64,000 bases of DNA from Eledone cirrhosa (taxonomy: Eukaryota), in NCBI GenBank assembly GCA_964016885.1, contig OZ024741.1:410068001-410132000 (forward strand), in the 5' to 3' direction. The notes beneath the pieces were generated by a model. The model ran no database searches and was not told the DNA's origin. It was given only the letters and a program-made list of their open reading frames with translations. The translations under genes and the position numbers were made by a program. Every line of letters begins with the position of its first letter. Position 1 is the first letter of the stretch. This document shows positions 26,901-41,688 of this stretch, piece by piece.

Positions 26901-29900
26901 GGCATTTAACAACGATGGTTAGCCCTACAATGTATATTTTGGTATTTAACACTCAATCTTAACCCTACAATGTAAACCTTGATTTTTAAACCCAATGTTA
27001 GACATACAATGTATACCTTGCTATTTAACACCCAACCTTAGCCCTACAGTGTATACCTTGGTATATAACAACCAATGTTAGCCCTACGATGTATACCTTG
27101 GTATTTAACACCCAACGTTAGCCCTACAATATATACATTGGTATTTAACATCCAAACTTAGCCCTACAATGTATACCTTGGTATTTAACACCCAATGTTA
27201 GCCCTACAATGTATACCTTGGTATTTAACACCCAATGTTATCCCTACACTGTATACCTTGGTATTTAACATCCAACTTTAGCCCTACAATATATACCTTC
27301 GTATTTAACACACAATGTCAGCCCTACAATGTATATCTTGGTATTTAACAACCAATGTAAGCCCTACAATGTGTACCTTGGTATTTAACAACCAAGATTA
27401 GCCCACCAATGTATAACTTGGTACTTAACAAACAATGTTAGCCCTACAATGTATACCTTGGTATTTAACACCCAATGTTAACTCTACAATGTATACATTG
27501 GTAGTTAACAACCAAGGTTAGCCCTACAATGTGTACCTGGGTATGTAACATCCAAGGTTAGCCCTACAATATACACCTGGGTATTTAACAAACATGGTTG
27601 ACCATACAATGTATACCTTGGTATTTAACATCCGACGCTAGCCCTACAATGTATACCTTGGTATTTAACACCCAAGGTTAGCCCTACAATGTATACGTTG
27701 GTATTTAACAACCAATGTTAGCCCTACAATGTATACCTTGGTATTTAACACCCAATGTTAGCCCTACAATGTATACATTGGTATTTAACAACCAAGGTTA
27801 GCCCTACAATGTGTACCTGGGTATTTAACATCCAAGGTTAGCCCTACAATGTATACCTTTGTATTTGACAACCATGGTTAGCTCTACTATGTATACCTTG
27901 GCATTTAACATCCGACGCTAGCCCTACAATGTATACCCTGGTATTTAACACCCAACGTTAGCCCAACAATGTATACGTTGGTATTTAACAATCAATGTTA
28001 GCTCTACAATGTATACCTTGGTATTTAACACCCAATGTTAGCCCTACGATGTATAACTTAGTATTTAACATCCAAGGTTAGCCCTACAATGTGTACCTTG
28101 GTATTTAACAGCCAATGTTAGCCCTACAATGTATACCGTGGTATTTAACATCCAACGCAAGCCCTACAATGTATACCTTGGTATTTAACACGCAATATAA
28201 GCCCTACAATGTATACCTTGGTATTTAACAAGTAATGTTAGCCCTACAATATATACCTTGGTATTTAACAACCATGGTTAGCCCTACAATGTGTACCTGG
28301 GTATTTAACATCCTAGGTTAGCCCTACAATGTATACCTGGGTATTTAAAAACCATGGTTAGCCCTCCAATGTATACGTTGGTATTTAACATCCAACGCTA
28401 GCTCTACAATGTATACCTTGGTATTTAACACCCAATGTTAGTCCTACAATGTGTAGATTGGTATTTAACAACCAAGGTTAGCCCTACAATGTGTAGATTG
28501 GTATTTAACAAGCAAGGTTACCCCTACAATGTATACCTTGGTAGTTAACAACCAATGTTAGCCCTACAATGCCTATCTTGGTATTTAAGAGCCAATGTTA
28601 GCCCAACAACATATAGCTTGTTATTTAACACCCTACAATGTATACCTTGGTATTTAACAACCAATGTAAGACCTACAATGTAAACCTTGGTATTTAACAC
28701 ACAACGTTACCCTACAATGTATACCTTGGTATGTAACACCCAATGTTAGCCCTACAACGTATGCCTTGGTATTTAACAATCAAGGTTAGACCTACACTGT
28801 ATAGCTTGGTAGTTAACAACCAATGTTAGCCCTAAAATGTACACCTTGGTATTTAACATCCAACGTTAGCCCTACAATGTATACCTTGGTTTTTAACAAC
28901 CAATGTTAGCCCTACGAATGTATGCCTTGGTATTTAACAAGCAATGTTAGCCCTACAATGTATACATTGGTATTAAACAACCAAGGTTACCCTACAATGT
29001 GTACCTTGGAATTTCACATCCAAGGTTAGCCCTACAATGTATACCTGGGTAGTTAACAACCAATGTTAGCCCTACAATGTATACATTGGTATTGAACACC
29101 CAAACCTAGACCTACAATGAATACCTTGGTATTTAACAACCAATGTTAGACCTACAATATAAACCTTGGTATTTAACACCCAACGTTAGCCCTACAATGT
29201 ATACCTTCGTATTTAACAAGCAATGTTAGCCCTACAATGTATACATTGGTATTAAACAACCAAGGTTACCCTACAATGTGTACCTGGGGATTTCACATCC
29301 AAGGTTAGCCCTACAATGTATACCTGGGTAGTTAACAATCAATGTTAGCCCTACAATTTATACCTTGGTATTTAACAACCAATGTTAGCCCTACAATATA
29401 TACCTTGGTATTTAACACCCAAACTTAGCCTTACAATATATACATTGGTATTTAACCACCAAGTTAACCCCACAATGGATACCTTCGTATTTAACACGCA
29501 ATGTCAGCCCTACAATGTATAGTTGGGATTTAACAACCAATATTACCCCTACAATGTATACCTTTTTATTTAACAACCAATGTTAGTCTTACAATGTAAA
29601 CCTTGGTATTTAACAACCAAGGTTAGCCCTACAATGTGTAGATTGATATTTAACAACGAAGGTTAGACCTACAATGTATAACTTGGTTGTTAACAACCGA
29701 TGTTAGCCCTACAATGTATACCTTGGTATTTAACAACCAATGTTAGCCCCACAATGGATACCTTGGTATTTAAGACGCAATGTCAGCCCTACAATGTATA
29801 CCTTGGTATTTAACAACCAATGTTAGGCCTACAAAATAAACCTAGGTATTTATCAACCAAGGTTAGCCCTACAATGTATACCTTGGTATTTAACACTCAA

Positions 29901-32900
29901 TGTTAGTCCTACAATGTATACCTTGGTATTTATCACCCAAAGTTAGACCTGCAATGTATACCTTGATATTTAACACCCTACGTTAGCCCTACAATGTATA
30001 CCTTGGTCTTTAACACCCAATTTTGCCCTACAATGTCTAGCTTGGTATTTAACACCCAAGGTTAGCCCTACAATGTGTACCTTGTTATTTAACAAACAAT
30101 GTTAACCCTACAATGTATACCTTGGTATTTAACAACCAAGGTTATCCCTACAACGTATACCTTGGTATTTAACACCCAATGTTAGTTCTACAATGTATAG
30201 TTTGGTATTTTACAACCAATGTTAGCCCTACACTGTATACCGTGGTATTTAACACACAATGTCAGCCCTACAATGTATATCTTGGTATTTAACAACCAAT
30301 GTTAGCCCTAGAATGTATACCTTGGGATTGAACGTTTCAATCCAGACTTACAATGTATACCTTTGTATTTAACAATCAATGTTAGACCTACAATATATAC
30401 CTTGGTATTTAACACCCAACGTTAGCCCTACAAGGTAAACGTTCGCATTTAACAACCAATGTTAGCTCTACGAATGTATACCTTGGTATTTAACAAGCAA
30501 TGTTAGCCCTACAATGTATACCTTGGTATTTAAACAACCAAGGTTACCCTACAATGTGTACCTGGTGATTTCACATCCAAGGTTAGCCCTACAATGTATA
30601 CCTCGGTATTTAACAACCAATGTTAGCCCTACAATGTATAGCTTGGTATTTAACACTCAAGGTTAGCCTTACAATGTGTACCTTGGTATTTAACACCCAA
30701 TGTTAGTCCTACAATTTATACCTTGTTATTTAACAACCAAGGTTAGACCTACAATGTGTAGATTGGTATGTAAGAACCAAGGTTAGCCCTAAAATGTATA
30801 CATATGTATTTAACAAGCAATGTTAGCCCTACAATGTATACCTTGATATTTACCACCCAACGTTAGCCTTACAATGTATACCTTGGTATTTAACACCCAA
30901 TGTTATCCTTACACTGTATACCTTGGTATTTAACACACAACGTTAGCCCTACATGGTATACCTTCGTATTTAACACAAAATGTCAGCCCTACAATGTATA
31001 TCTTGGTATTTAACAACCAATGTAAGCCCTATAATGTGTACCTTGGTATTTAACAACCAAGATTAGCCCACCAATGTATACCTTGGTATTTAACAACCAA
31101 TGATAGCTCTACGATGTATAACTTGGTATTTAACATCCAAGGTTAGCCCAACATTGTGTACCTAGGTATTTAACAACGAATGTTACCCCTACAATGTATA
31201 CCTTGGTATTTAACACCCAACGTTAGCCCTACAATGTATACCATGGTATTTAACAACCAATGTTAACCTTACAATGTATACATTGGTATTTAACACCCAA
31301 TGTTATCCCTACAATGAATACCTTGGTATATAACACCCAATGCTAACCTTACAATGTATACATTGGTATTTAACAACCAAGGTTAGCCCTACAATGTGTA
31401 CCTGGGTATTTAACATCCAAGGTTAGCCCTACGATGTATACCTGGGTATTTAACAAACATGTTTATCTCTACAAAGTAAACCTTGTTATTTAACATCCGA
31501 TGCTAGCCCTACAATGTATACCCTAGTATTTAACACCCAACGTTAGCCCAACAATGTATACGTTGGTATTTAACAACCAATGTTAGCTCTACAATGTATA
31601 CCTTGGTATTTAACACCCAATGTTAGCCCTAGAATGTATACATTGGTATTTAACAACCAAGGTTAGCCCTACAATGTGTACCTGGGTATTTAACATCCAA
31701 GGTTAGCCCTACAATGTATACCTTTGTTTTTAACAACCATGGTTAGCCCTACTATGTATACCTTGGTATTTAACACCCAATGTTAGCCCTACAGTGTATA
31801 CATTGGTATCTAACACCCAACGTTAGTCCTACAATGTATACCTTGGTATTTAACATGCAAGATTAGCCCTACAATATATACCATGGTATTTAACAACCAA
31901 TGATAGCCCTACGATGTATAACTTAGTATTTAACATCCAAGGTTAGCCCTACAATGTGTACCTTGGTATTTAACAGCCAATGTTAGCCCTACAATGTATA
32001 CCGTGGTATTTAACATCCAACGCAAGCCCTACAATGTATACCTTGGTATTTAACACGCAATATAAGCCCTACAATGTATACCTTGGTATTTAACAAGTAA
32101 TGTTAGCCCTACAATATATACCATGGTATTTAACAACCAAGGTTAGCCCTACAATGCGTACCTGGGTATTTAACATCCTAGGTTAGCCCTACAATGTATA
32201 CCTGGGTATTTAACAACCATGGTTAGCCCTACAATGTATACGTTGGTATTTAACATCCAACGCTAGCCCTACAATGTATACCTTGGTATTTAACACCCAA
32301 TGTTAGTCCTACAATGTGTAGATTGGTATTTAACAACCAAGGTTAACCCTACAATGTGTAGATTGGTATTTAACAAGCAAGGTTACCCCTACAATGTATA
32401 CCTTGGGAGTTAACAACCAATGTTAGCCCTACAATGCCTATCTTGGTATTTAAGAGCCAATGTTAGCCCAACAATATATAGCTTGTTATTTAACACCTAA
32501 ACTTAGCACTACAATATATACCTTGGTATTTAACAACCAAGGTCAGCCCCACAATGTATCCCTTGGTATTTAACACTCAATGTTAGCCCAACAATGTATA
32601 CCTTGGTATTTATCACACAATGTTAGACCTACAATGTATATTTTGGTATTTAACACACAACGTTAGCCCTACAATGTATACCTTGGTATTTAACAACCAA
32701 TGTAAGACCTACAATGTAAACCTTGGTATTTAACACACAACGTAACCCTACAATGTATACCTTGGTATGTAACATCCAATGTTAGCCCTACAATGTATCT
32801 CTTAGTATTTAACAACTAATGTTAGACCTACAATGTATGCCTTGGTATTTAACACCCAATGTTAACCCTACAATATATACCTTGGTATGTAACACCCAAT

Positions 32901-35900
32901 GTTAGCACTACAATATATACCTTGGTATTTAACACCCAAACTTAGCCTTACAATATATACATTGGTATTTAACCACCAAGTTAACCTCACAATGGATACC
33001 TTCGTATTTAACACGCAATGTCAGCCCTAAAATGTATAATTGGGATTTAACAACCAATGTTACCCCTACAATGTATACCTTGTTATTTAACAACCAATGT
33101 TAGTCTTACAATGTATACCTCGGTATTTAACAACCAAGGTTAGCCCTACAATGTGTAGATTGATATTTAACAACGAAGGTTAGACCTACAATGTATAACT
33201 TGGTAGTTAACAACCAATGTTAGCCCTACAATGTATACCTTGGTATTTAACAACCAAGGTCAGCCCCACAATGGATACCTTCGTATTTAACACGCAATGT
33301 TAGCCTTACAATGTATCCCTTGGTATTTAACACTCAATGTTAGCCCAACAATGTATACCTTGGTATTTAACACACAATTTTAGACCTACAATGTATATTT
33401 TGGTATTTAACACACAACGTTAGCCCTACAATGTATACCTTGGTATTTAACAACCAATGTAAGACCTACAATGTAAACCTTGGTATTTAACACACAACGT
33501 TACCCTACAATGTATACCTTGGTATGTAACATCCAATGTTAGCCCTACAATGTATACCTTAGTATTTAACAACTAATGTTAGACCTACAATGTATGCCTT
33601 GGTATTTAACACCCAATGTTAACCCTACAATATATGCCTTGGTATGTAACAGCCAATGTTAGCACTACAATGTATACCTTGGTATTTAACACCCAATGTT
33701 ACACCTACAATGTATACCTTGGTATTTAATAATCAAGGTTAGACCTACACTGTGTAGATTGGTATTTAACAACAAAGGGTAGCCCTACAATGTATAGCTT
33801 GGTAGTTAACAACCAATGTTAGCCCTAAAATGTACACCTTGGTATTTAACATTCAACGTTAGCCCTACAATGTATACCTTGGTATTTAACAACCAATGTT
33901 AGCCCTACGAATGTATACCTTGGTATTTAACAAGCAATGTTAGCCCTACAATGTATACATTGGTATTAAACAACCAAGGTTACCCTACAATGTGTACCTG
34001 GGGATTTCACATCCAAGGTTAGCCCTATAATGTATACCTGGGTAGTTAACAACCAATGTTAGGCCTACAATTTATACCTTGGTATTTAACAACCAATGTT
34101 AGCCCTACAATATATACTTTGGTATTTAACACCCAAACTTAGCCTTACAATATATACATTGGTATTTAACAACCAAGTTAACCCCACAATGGATACCTTC
34201 GTATTTAACACGCAATGTCAGCCCTACAATGTATAGTTGGGATTTAACAACCAATGTTACCCCTACAATGTATACCTTGTTATTTAACAACCAATGTTAG
34301 TCTTACAATGTATACCTTGTTATTTATCAACCAATGTTAGTCCTACAATGTATACTTTGGTATTTAACAACCAAGTTTAGCCCTACAATGTATACCTTGT
34401 TATTTAACACCTAAGGTTAGCCCTACAATGTGTACCTTGGTATTTAACAACCAATATTAGCCCTGCAATGTATACCTTGGTGTTTAACAATCAACATTAG
34501 CCCTACAATGTATACCTTGGTATGTAACACCCAATGTTAGCCCTACAATATATATCTTGGTATTTAACAACCAATGTTAGCCCTACAATGTATACCTTGG
34601 TATTTATCACCCAATGTTAGCCCTACAATGTTTACGTTGGTATTTAACAAAAAAGGTTAGCCTTACATGTATACCTTGGTATTTAACAAGCAATGTTACC
34701 CCTACAATGTATACCTTAGTATTTAACAACCAAGGTTAGCCCTACAATTTATACCTTGTTATTTAACAACCAATGATAGCCCTACAATGTATACCTTGGT
34801 ATTTAACAACCAATGTTAGCCCTACAATGTATACCTTGGTATTTAACAACCAATGTTAGCCCTACAATGTATACCTTGGTATTTAACACCCAAGATTAGC
34901 CCTACAATATATACCTTGGTATTTAACACCCAAGATTAACTCTATGATGTATACTTTGGTATTTAACACCTAATGTTAGCCCTACAATATATAACATGGT
35001 ATTTAACACCCAAACATAGCCCTACAATGTTTACCTCGGTATTTAACAACCAAGGTTAGTATTTAACACCCAATGTAAGCCCTACAACGTATACCTGGGT
35101 ATTGAACATCCAAGGTTAGCCCTACAATGTATACTGGCGTATTTAACAACCATGGTTAGCGCTTCAATGTATACCTTGGTATTTAACACCCAACGTTAAC
35201 CCTACAATGTATACCTGGGTATTTAACAACCATGGTTAGCCCTACGATGTATACCTTATTATTTAACACTCAATGTTAGCCCTACAATGTATACCTTGGT
35301 ATTTAACATCCAACGCTAGCCCTACAATGTGAACTTTGGTATTTAACACTCAATGTTAGCCCTACAATTTATACCTTGGTATTTAACAACCAATGTTAGC
35401 CCTTCAATGTATACCTTGGTATTTAACAACCAACATTAGCTCTACAATTTATAACTTGGTATTTAACAACCAATGATAGCCCTAAAATGTATACCTTGGT
35501 ATTTAACACCCAATGTTAGGCCTACAATGTATACCTTGGTATGCAAAACCCAATGTTAGTGCTACAATGTATACCTTGGTATTTAACAACCAAGGTTAGA
35601 CCTACAATGTGTAGATTGGTATGTAACAACCAAGGTTAGCCCTAAAAGGTATACCTATGTATTTAAAAAGCAGTATTAGCCCTAAAATGTATACCTTGAT
35701 ATTTACCACCCAACGTTAGCCTTACAATGTATACCTGGGTATTTAACAACCATGGTTAGCCCTACAATGTATACCTGGGTATTTAACAACCATGGTTAGC
35801 CCTACAATGTATACCTTGGTATTTAACACCCAATGTTGGCCCTACAATATATACCTTGGTATTTAACAACCAATGTTAGCCCTACAATATATACCTTGGT

Positions 35901-38900
35901 ATTTAACAATCAAGGTTAGCCGTACAATGTATACGTTGGTATTTAACAACCAATGTTAGCCCTACAATGTATACCCTGGTATTTAACAACCAAGATTAGC
36001 CCTACAATGTATACCTTGGTATTTAACACCCAACGTTAGCCCTATATTTTATACCTTGGTACTTAACAATAAATGTTAGCTCTACAATATATACCTTGGC
36101 ATTTAACTCCCAACGTTAGCCCTTCAATGTATACGTTGGTATTTAACAAGCAATGTTAGCCCTACAATGTATACCTTGGTATTAAACAACCAAGGTTAGC
36201 CCTACAATGAGTAGCTGTGTATTTCACATCCAAGGTTAGCTCTACAATCTATACCATGGTATTTAACACCCAATGTTAGCCCTACAATGTATAACTTGGT
36301 ATTTAACACCCAATGTCAGCCCTACAATATATACCTTGGTATTTAACATCCAATATTAGCCCTACAATATATACCTTGGTTTTTAACACCCAATGTTAGC
36401 CCTACAATGTATACCATGGTATTTAACATCCAACGCTAGCCCTACAATGTATACTTTGGTATTTAACACCTAATGTTAGCCCTACAATATATAACATGGT
36501 ATTTAACACCCAAACATAGCCCTACAATGTTTACCTTGGTATTTAACAACCAAGGTTAGTATTTAACACCCAATGTATGCCATACAATGTATACCTGGAT
36601 ATTGAACATCCAAGGTTAGCCCTACAATGTATACTGGCGTATTTAATAACCATGGTTAGCGCTTCAATGTATACCTTGGTATTTAACAACCAATGTTAGC
36701 CCTACAATGTATACCTTGGTATTTAACAACCAATGTTAGCCCTACAATATATATCTTGGTACTTAACACCCAACGTTATCCCTACAATGTATACCTGGGT
36801 ATTTAACAACGATGGTTAGCCCTACAATGTGTAGCTGTGTATTTCACATCCAAGGTTAGCTCTACAATCTATACCATGGTATTTAACACCCAATGTTAGC
36901 CCTACAATGTATAACTTGGTATTTAACAACCAACATTAGCTCTACAATTTATAACTTGGTATTTAACAACCAATGATAGCCCTAAAATGTATACCTTGGT
37001 ATTTAACACCCAATGTTAGGCCTACAATGTATACCTTGGTATGCAAAACCCAATGTTAGTGCTACAATGTATACCTTGGTATTTAACAACCAAGGTTAGA
37101 CCTACAATGTGTAGATTGGTATGTAACAACCAAGGTTAGCCCTAAAAGGTATACCTATGTATTTAAAAAGCAGTATTAGCCCTAAAATGTATACCTTGAT
37201 ATTTACCACCCAACGTTAGCCTTACAATGTATACCTGGGTATTTAACAACCATGGTTAGCCCTACAATGTATACCTGGGTATTTAACAACCATGGTTAGC
37301 CCTACAATGTATACCTTGGTATTTAACACCCAATGTTGGCCCTACAATATATACCTTGGTATTTAACAACCAATGTTAGCCCTACAATATATACCTTGGT
37401 ATTTAACAATCAAGGTTAGCAGTACAATGTATACGTTGGTATTTAACAACCAATGTTAGCCCTACAATGTATACCCTGGTATTTAACAACCAAGATTAGC
37501 CCTACAATGTATACCTTGGTATTTAACACCCAACGTTAGCCCTATATTTTATACCTTGGTACTTAACAATAAATGTTAGCTCTACAATATATACCTTGGC
37601 ATTTAACTCCCAACGTTAGCCCTTCAATGTATACGTTGGTATTTAACAAGCAATGTTAGCCCTACAATGTATACCTTGGTATTAAACAACCAAGGTTAGC
37701 CCTACAATGAGTAGCTGTGTATTTCACATCCAAGGTTAGCTCTACAATCTATACCATGGTATTTAACACCCAATGTTAGCCCTACAATGTATAACTTGGT
37801 ATTTAACACCCAATGTCAGCCCTACAATATATACCTTGGTATTTAACATCCAATATTAGCCCTACAATATATACCTTGGTTTTTAACACCCAATGTTAGC
37901 CCTACAATGTATACCATGGTATTTAACATCCAACGCTAGCCCTACAATGTATACTTTGGTATTTAACACCTAATGTTAGCCCTACAATATATAACATGGT
38001 ATTTAACACCCAAACATAGCCCTACAATGTTTACCTTGGTATTTAACAACCAAGGTTAGTATTTAACACCCAATGTATGCCATACAATGTATACCTGGAT
38101 ATTGAACATCCAAGGTTAGCCCTACAATGTATACTGGCGTATTTAATAACCATGGTTAGCGCTTCAATGTATACCTTGGTATTTAACAACCAATGTTAGC
38201 CCTACAATGTATACCTTGGTATTTAACAACCAATGTTAGCCCTACAATATATATCTTGGTACTTAACACCCAACGTTATCCCTACAATGTATACCTGGGT
38301 ATTTAACAACGATGGTTAGCCCTACAATGTGTAGCTGTGTATTTCACATCCAAGGTTAGCTCTACAATCTATACCATGGTATTTAACACCCAATGTTAGC
38401 CCTACAATGTATAACTTGGTATTTAACACCCAATGTCAGCCCTACAATATATACCTTGGTATTTAACATCCAATATTAGCCCTACAATGTATACCTTGGT
38501 TTTTAACACCCAATGTCAGCCCTACAATGTATACCATGGTATTTAACATCCAACGCTAGCCCTACAATGTATACTTTGGTATTTAACACCTAATGTTAGC
38601 CCTACAATATATAACATGGTATTTAACACCCAAACGTAGCCCTACAATGTTTACCTTGGTATTTAACAACCAAGGTTAGTATTTAACACCCAATGTTAGC
38701 CCTACAATGTATACCTGGGTATTGAACATCCAAGGTTAGCCCTACAATGTATACTGACGTATTTAACAACCATGGTTAGCGCTTCAATGTATACCTTGGT
38801 ATTTAACAACCAATGTTAGCCCTACAATGTATACCTTGGTATTTAACACCCAACCTTAGCCCTACAATGTATACCTTGGTATTTAACAACCTATGTTAGC

Positions 38901-40307
38901 CCTACAATATATATCTTGGTATTTAACGCCCAACGTTAGCCCTACAATGGATACGTTGGTATTTAACAACCAATGTTAGCCCTACAATGTATACCTTGGT
39001 ATTTAACAAGCAATGTGTGCCCTACAATGTATACCTTGGTATTTAACAACCAAAGTTAGCCCTACAATGTGTACCTAGGTAATTAACATCCAGGGATATC
39101 CCTACAATGTATACCTGGGTATTTAAAAACCATGGTTAGCTCTACAATGTATAGTTGGTATTTAACACCCAACGTTAGCCTTATAATATATACCTTGGCA
39201 TTTGACGCCCAACGTTAGCCCTACAATGTATACGTTGGTATTTAACAACCAATGTTAGCCCTACAATAGATACCTTGGCATTTGACGCCCAACGTTAGCC
39301 CTACAATGTATACCTTGGTATTTAACAACCAAGGTTAGCCCTACAATGTGTACCTGTGTATTTGACATCCAAGGTTAGCCCTACAATGTATACCATGGTA
39401 TTTAACACCCAATGTTATCCCTACAATATATACCTTGGCCTTTAACACCCAATGTTAGCCCTACAATTTATACCTTGGTATTTAACACCCAATGTTAGCC
39501 CCACAATGGATACCTTGGTATTTAACATGCAATGTCAGCCCTACAATGTATACCTTGTTATTTAACAACCAATGTTAGTCCTAAAATGTATACCTTGGTA
39601 TTTAACAATCAAGGTTAGCCCTACAATGTATACTTTGGTATTTAACAACCAAGTTTAGCCCTACAATGTATACCTTGTTATTTAACACCTAAGGTTAGCC
39701 CCACAATGTGTACCTTGGTATTTAACAACCAATGTTAGCCCTACAATGTATACCTTGGTGTTTAACAATCAACATTAGCCCTACAATGTATACCTTGGTA
39801 TGTAACACCCAATGTTAGCCCTACAATATATATCTTGGTATTTAACAACCAATGTTAGCCCTACAATGTATACCTTGGTATTTAACACCCAATGTTAGCC
39901 CTACAATGTTTACCTTGGTATTTAACAAACAAGGTTAGCCTTACATGTATACCTTGGTATTTAACAAGCAACGTTGGCCCTACAATGTATACCTTAGTAT
40001 TTCACAACCAAGGTTAGCCCTACAATTTATACCTTGTTATTTAACAACCAATGATAGCCCTACAATGTATACCTTGGTATTTAACACCCAATATTAGCCC
40101 TACAATATATACCTTGGTATTTAACACCCAAGATTAGCTCTACAATGTATACCTTGGTATTTAACATGCAATGTTTCCCTACAATGTATACCTTGGTATT
40201 TAACAACCAATGTTAGCCCAACAATGTATACCTTGGTATTTAACAACCAATGTTAGCCTTACAATGTATACCTTGGTATTTAACAACCAATGTTAGCCCT
40301 ACAACGT
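5983..40307. repeat. 40-bp tandem satellite, ~34.3 kb, ~860 monomers; consensus CCCTACAATGTATACCTTGGTATTTAACA(A/C)CCAATGTTAG
   Basis: Continuous 40-bp periodicity with occasional 39/41-bp units and 20-bp deletions; no foreign insertion seen. Confidence 0.98.
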
Positions 40308-40694
40308 CCACTTCTTGCTCTGATCATACTAAATAAACTTACTAAGCCTGCATTTTCCCCGACACAGTTCACACTCACCCACAGCAAATTATGTGATATG
40401 TAAACTGTAAAGCTCTTTCTGCCCCTTTTGATATTTCTACAATGTTGCTATATAAGATAGTTAGTAATTTTAGTTAATTATACAAATATGTATAAAACTG
40501 TGATCTTTTAAGGTTCTGAAAGGTACCTCTTTTGGGTCAGAACCTTTAATGGGAGCACTGATTGAGTAAGGTACCTCTCTGGTGTCTGAGCCCCAACTGG
40601 TTGCCTAGTTGGCCTTAACGGTAGCACCAACCCTGACTATGTTCTGTTATTTCCCAATATATCCCCCTTGGACAAGATAACAATAAAAATATAA

Positions 40695-40915
40695 TAGGAT
40701 GGCATGGTATGAGATAATATAGGATGGTGTGTGGTAATATAGGATGGTATGGTAAGTGGTAATATAGGATAGTATGTGGTAATATAGTATGGTATGGTAA
40801 TATAGGATGGTATGAGATCATATATGGTGGTATGGTATGAGATAATATAGGATGGTGTGTGGTAATATAGGATAGTATGGTATGGTATATGGTAATATAG
40901 GATGGTATGGTTATA
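40695..40915. repeat. Degenerate GGTAT/GGTAATATAGGAT minisatellite
   Basis: Direct reading. Confidence 0.8.
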
Positions 40916-40986
40916 TATTTTAATATATGCTAAAGAATGTTAGTATATGTTAATGTATGTTAATATATGCTAATGTGTTATTATAT

Positions 40987-41177
40987 TAATTGTTTCTACT
41001 TTAGGCACAAGGCCAGCAATTACCCAGTGTATTACTGGTACTTTATTTTATCGACCCTGTAAGGATGAAAGGCAAAGTCAACCCCGGCGGGATTTGAACT
41101 CAGATCGTAAAGGGACGTAACTATGCTGGAAAGCATGGCGTCCGACTCTCTACCGATACTGCCAATCCACCGCCCTT
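40987..41177 (-). mobile_element. tRNA-derived SINE family A (partial second copy at ~41288-41368)
   Basis: A-box-like TGGCAGTATCGG, B-box GAGTTCAAATCC, body tttgcctttcatcc...gtcgataaaataaagtaccag; matches 44325-44520 and 46157-46355. Confidence 0.85.
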
Positions 41178-41460
41178 GTTATTATATTAATGTTTGTTAA
41201 TATATGTTAATGTATGTTAATGCATGTTAATATATGTTAATGTATGTTAATGCATGTTAATATATGATAATATATGTTAATATACATTAATTGTTTCTAC
41301 TTTTGGCACAAGGCCAGTAATTAACCAGTGTATTACTGGTACTTTATTTTATCCACCCTGTAAGGATGTTAATATATGTTAATGCATGTTAATATGTGTT
41401 AATGTATGTTAATGTGTTAATATATATTAATATATGCTAATGTATATACATTTATATCTG

Positions 41461-41625
41461 TATTTTTAACCGTTGGTCAATCAATGATAAACATTGATTG
41501 CCAGATAAATTAACTATGGAGATATAAAATATAGAGAAGCGAAAACCAACCCAAACCAAACAGTGTATTCTGTTATTATTTCTGGCAATATTATAATAAT
41601 ATGACCCTCCCCAAGTATAACAATA
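41461..41625 (+). repeat. Diverged direct-repeat copy B (see 5431-5649)
   Basis: Shared sequence blocks as listed for copy A. Confidence 0.8.
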
Positions 41626-41688
41626 TGTTAATATATATTAATATATGCTAATGCATGTTAATATATGTTAATGTATGTTAATATATAC

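Larger units (their letters stand above)
40920..41685. repeat. Interrupted (ATATATGTTA)n-type minisatellite region
   Basis: 10-11-bp units interspersed with SINE copies and direct-repeat copy B. Confidence 0.7.

Noticed and set aside
5983-40307. CRISPR array
   Set aside because: Contiguous monomers with no unique spacers, no cas genes, eukaryotic context.
5983-40307. Telomeric or telomere-derived repeat (TAACCCTA in some monomers)
   Set aside because: Only a single partial hexamer per 40 bp in a minority variant; no tandem TTAGGG.
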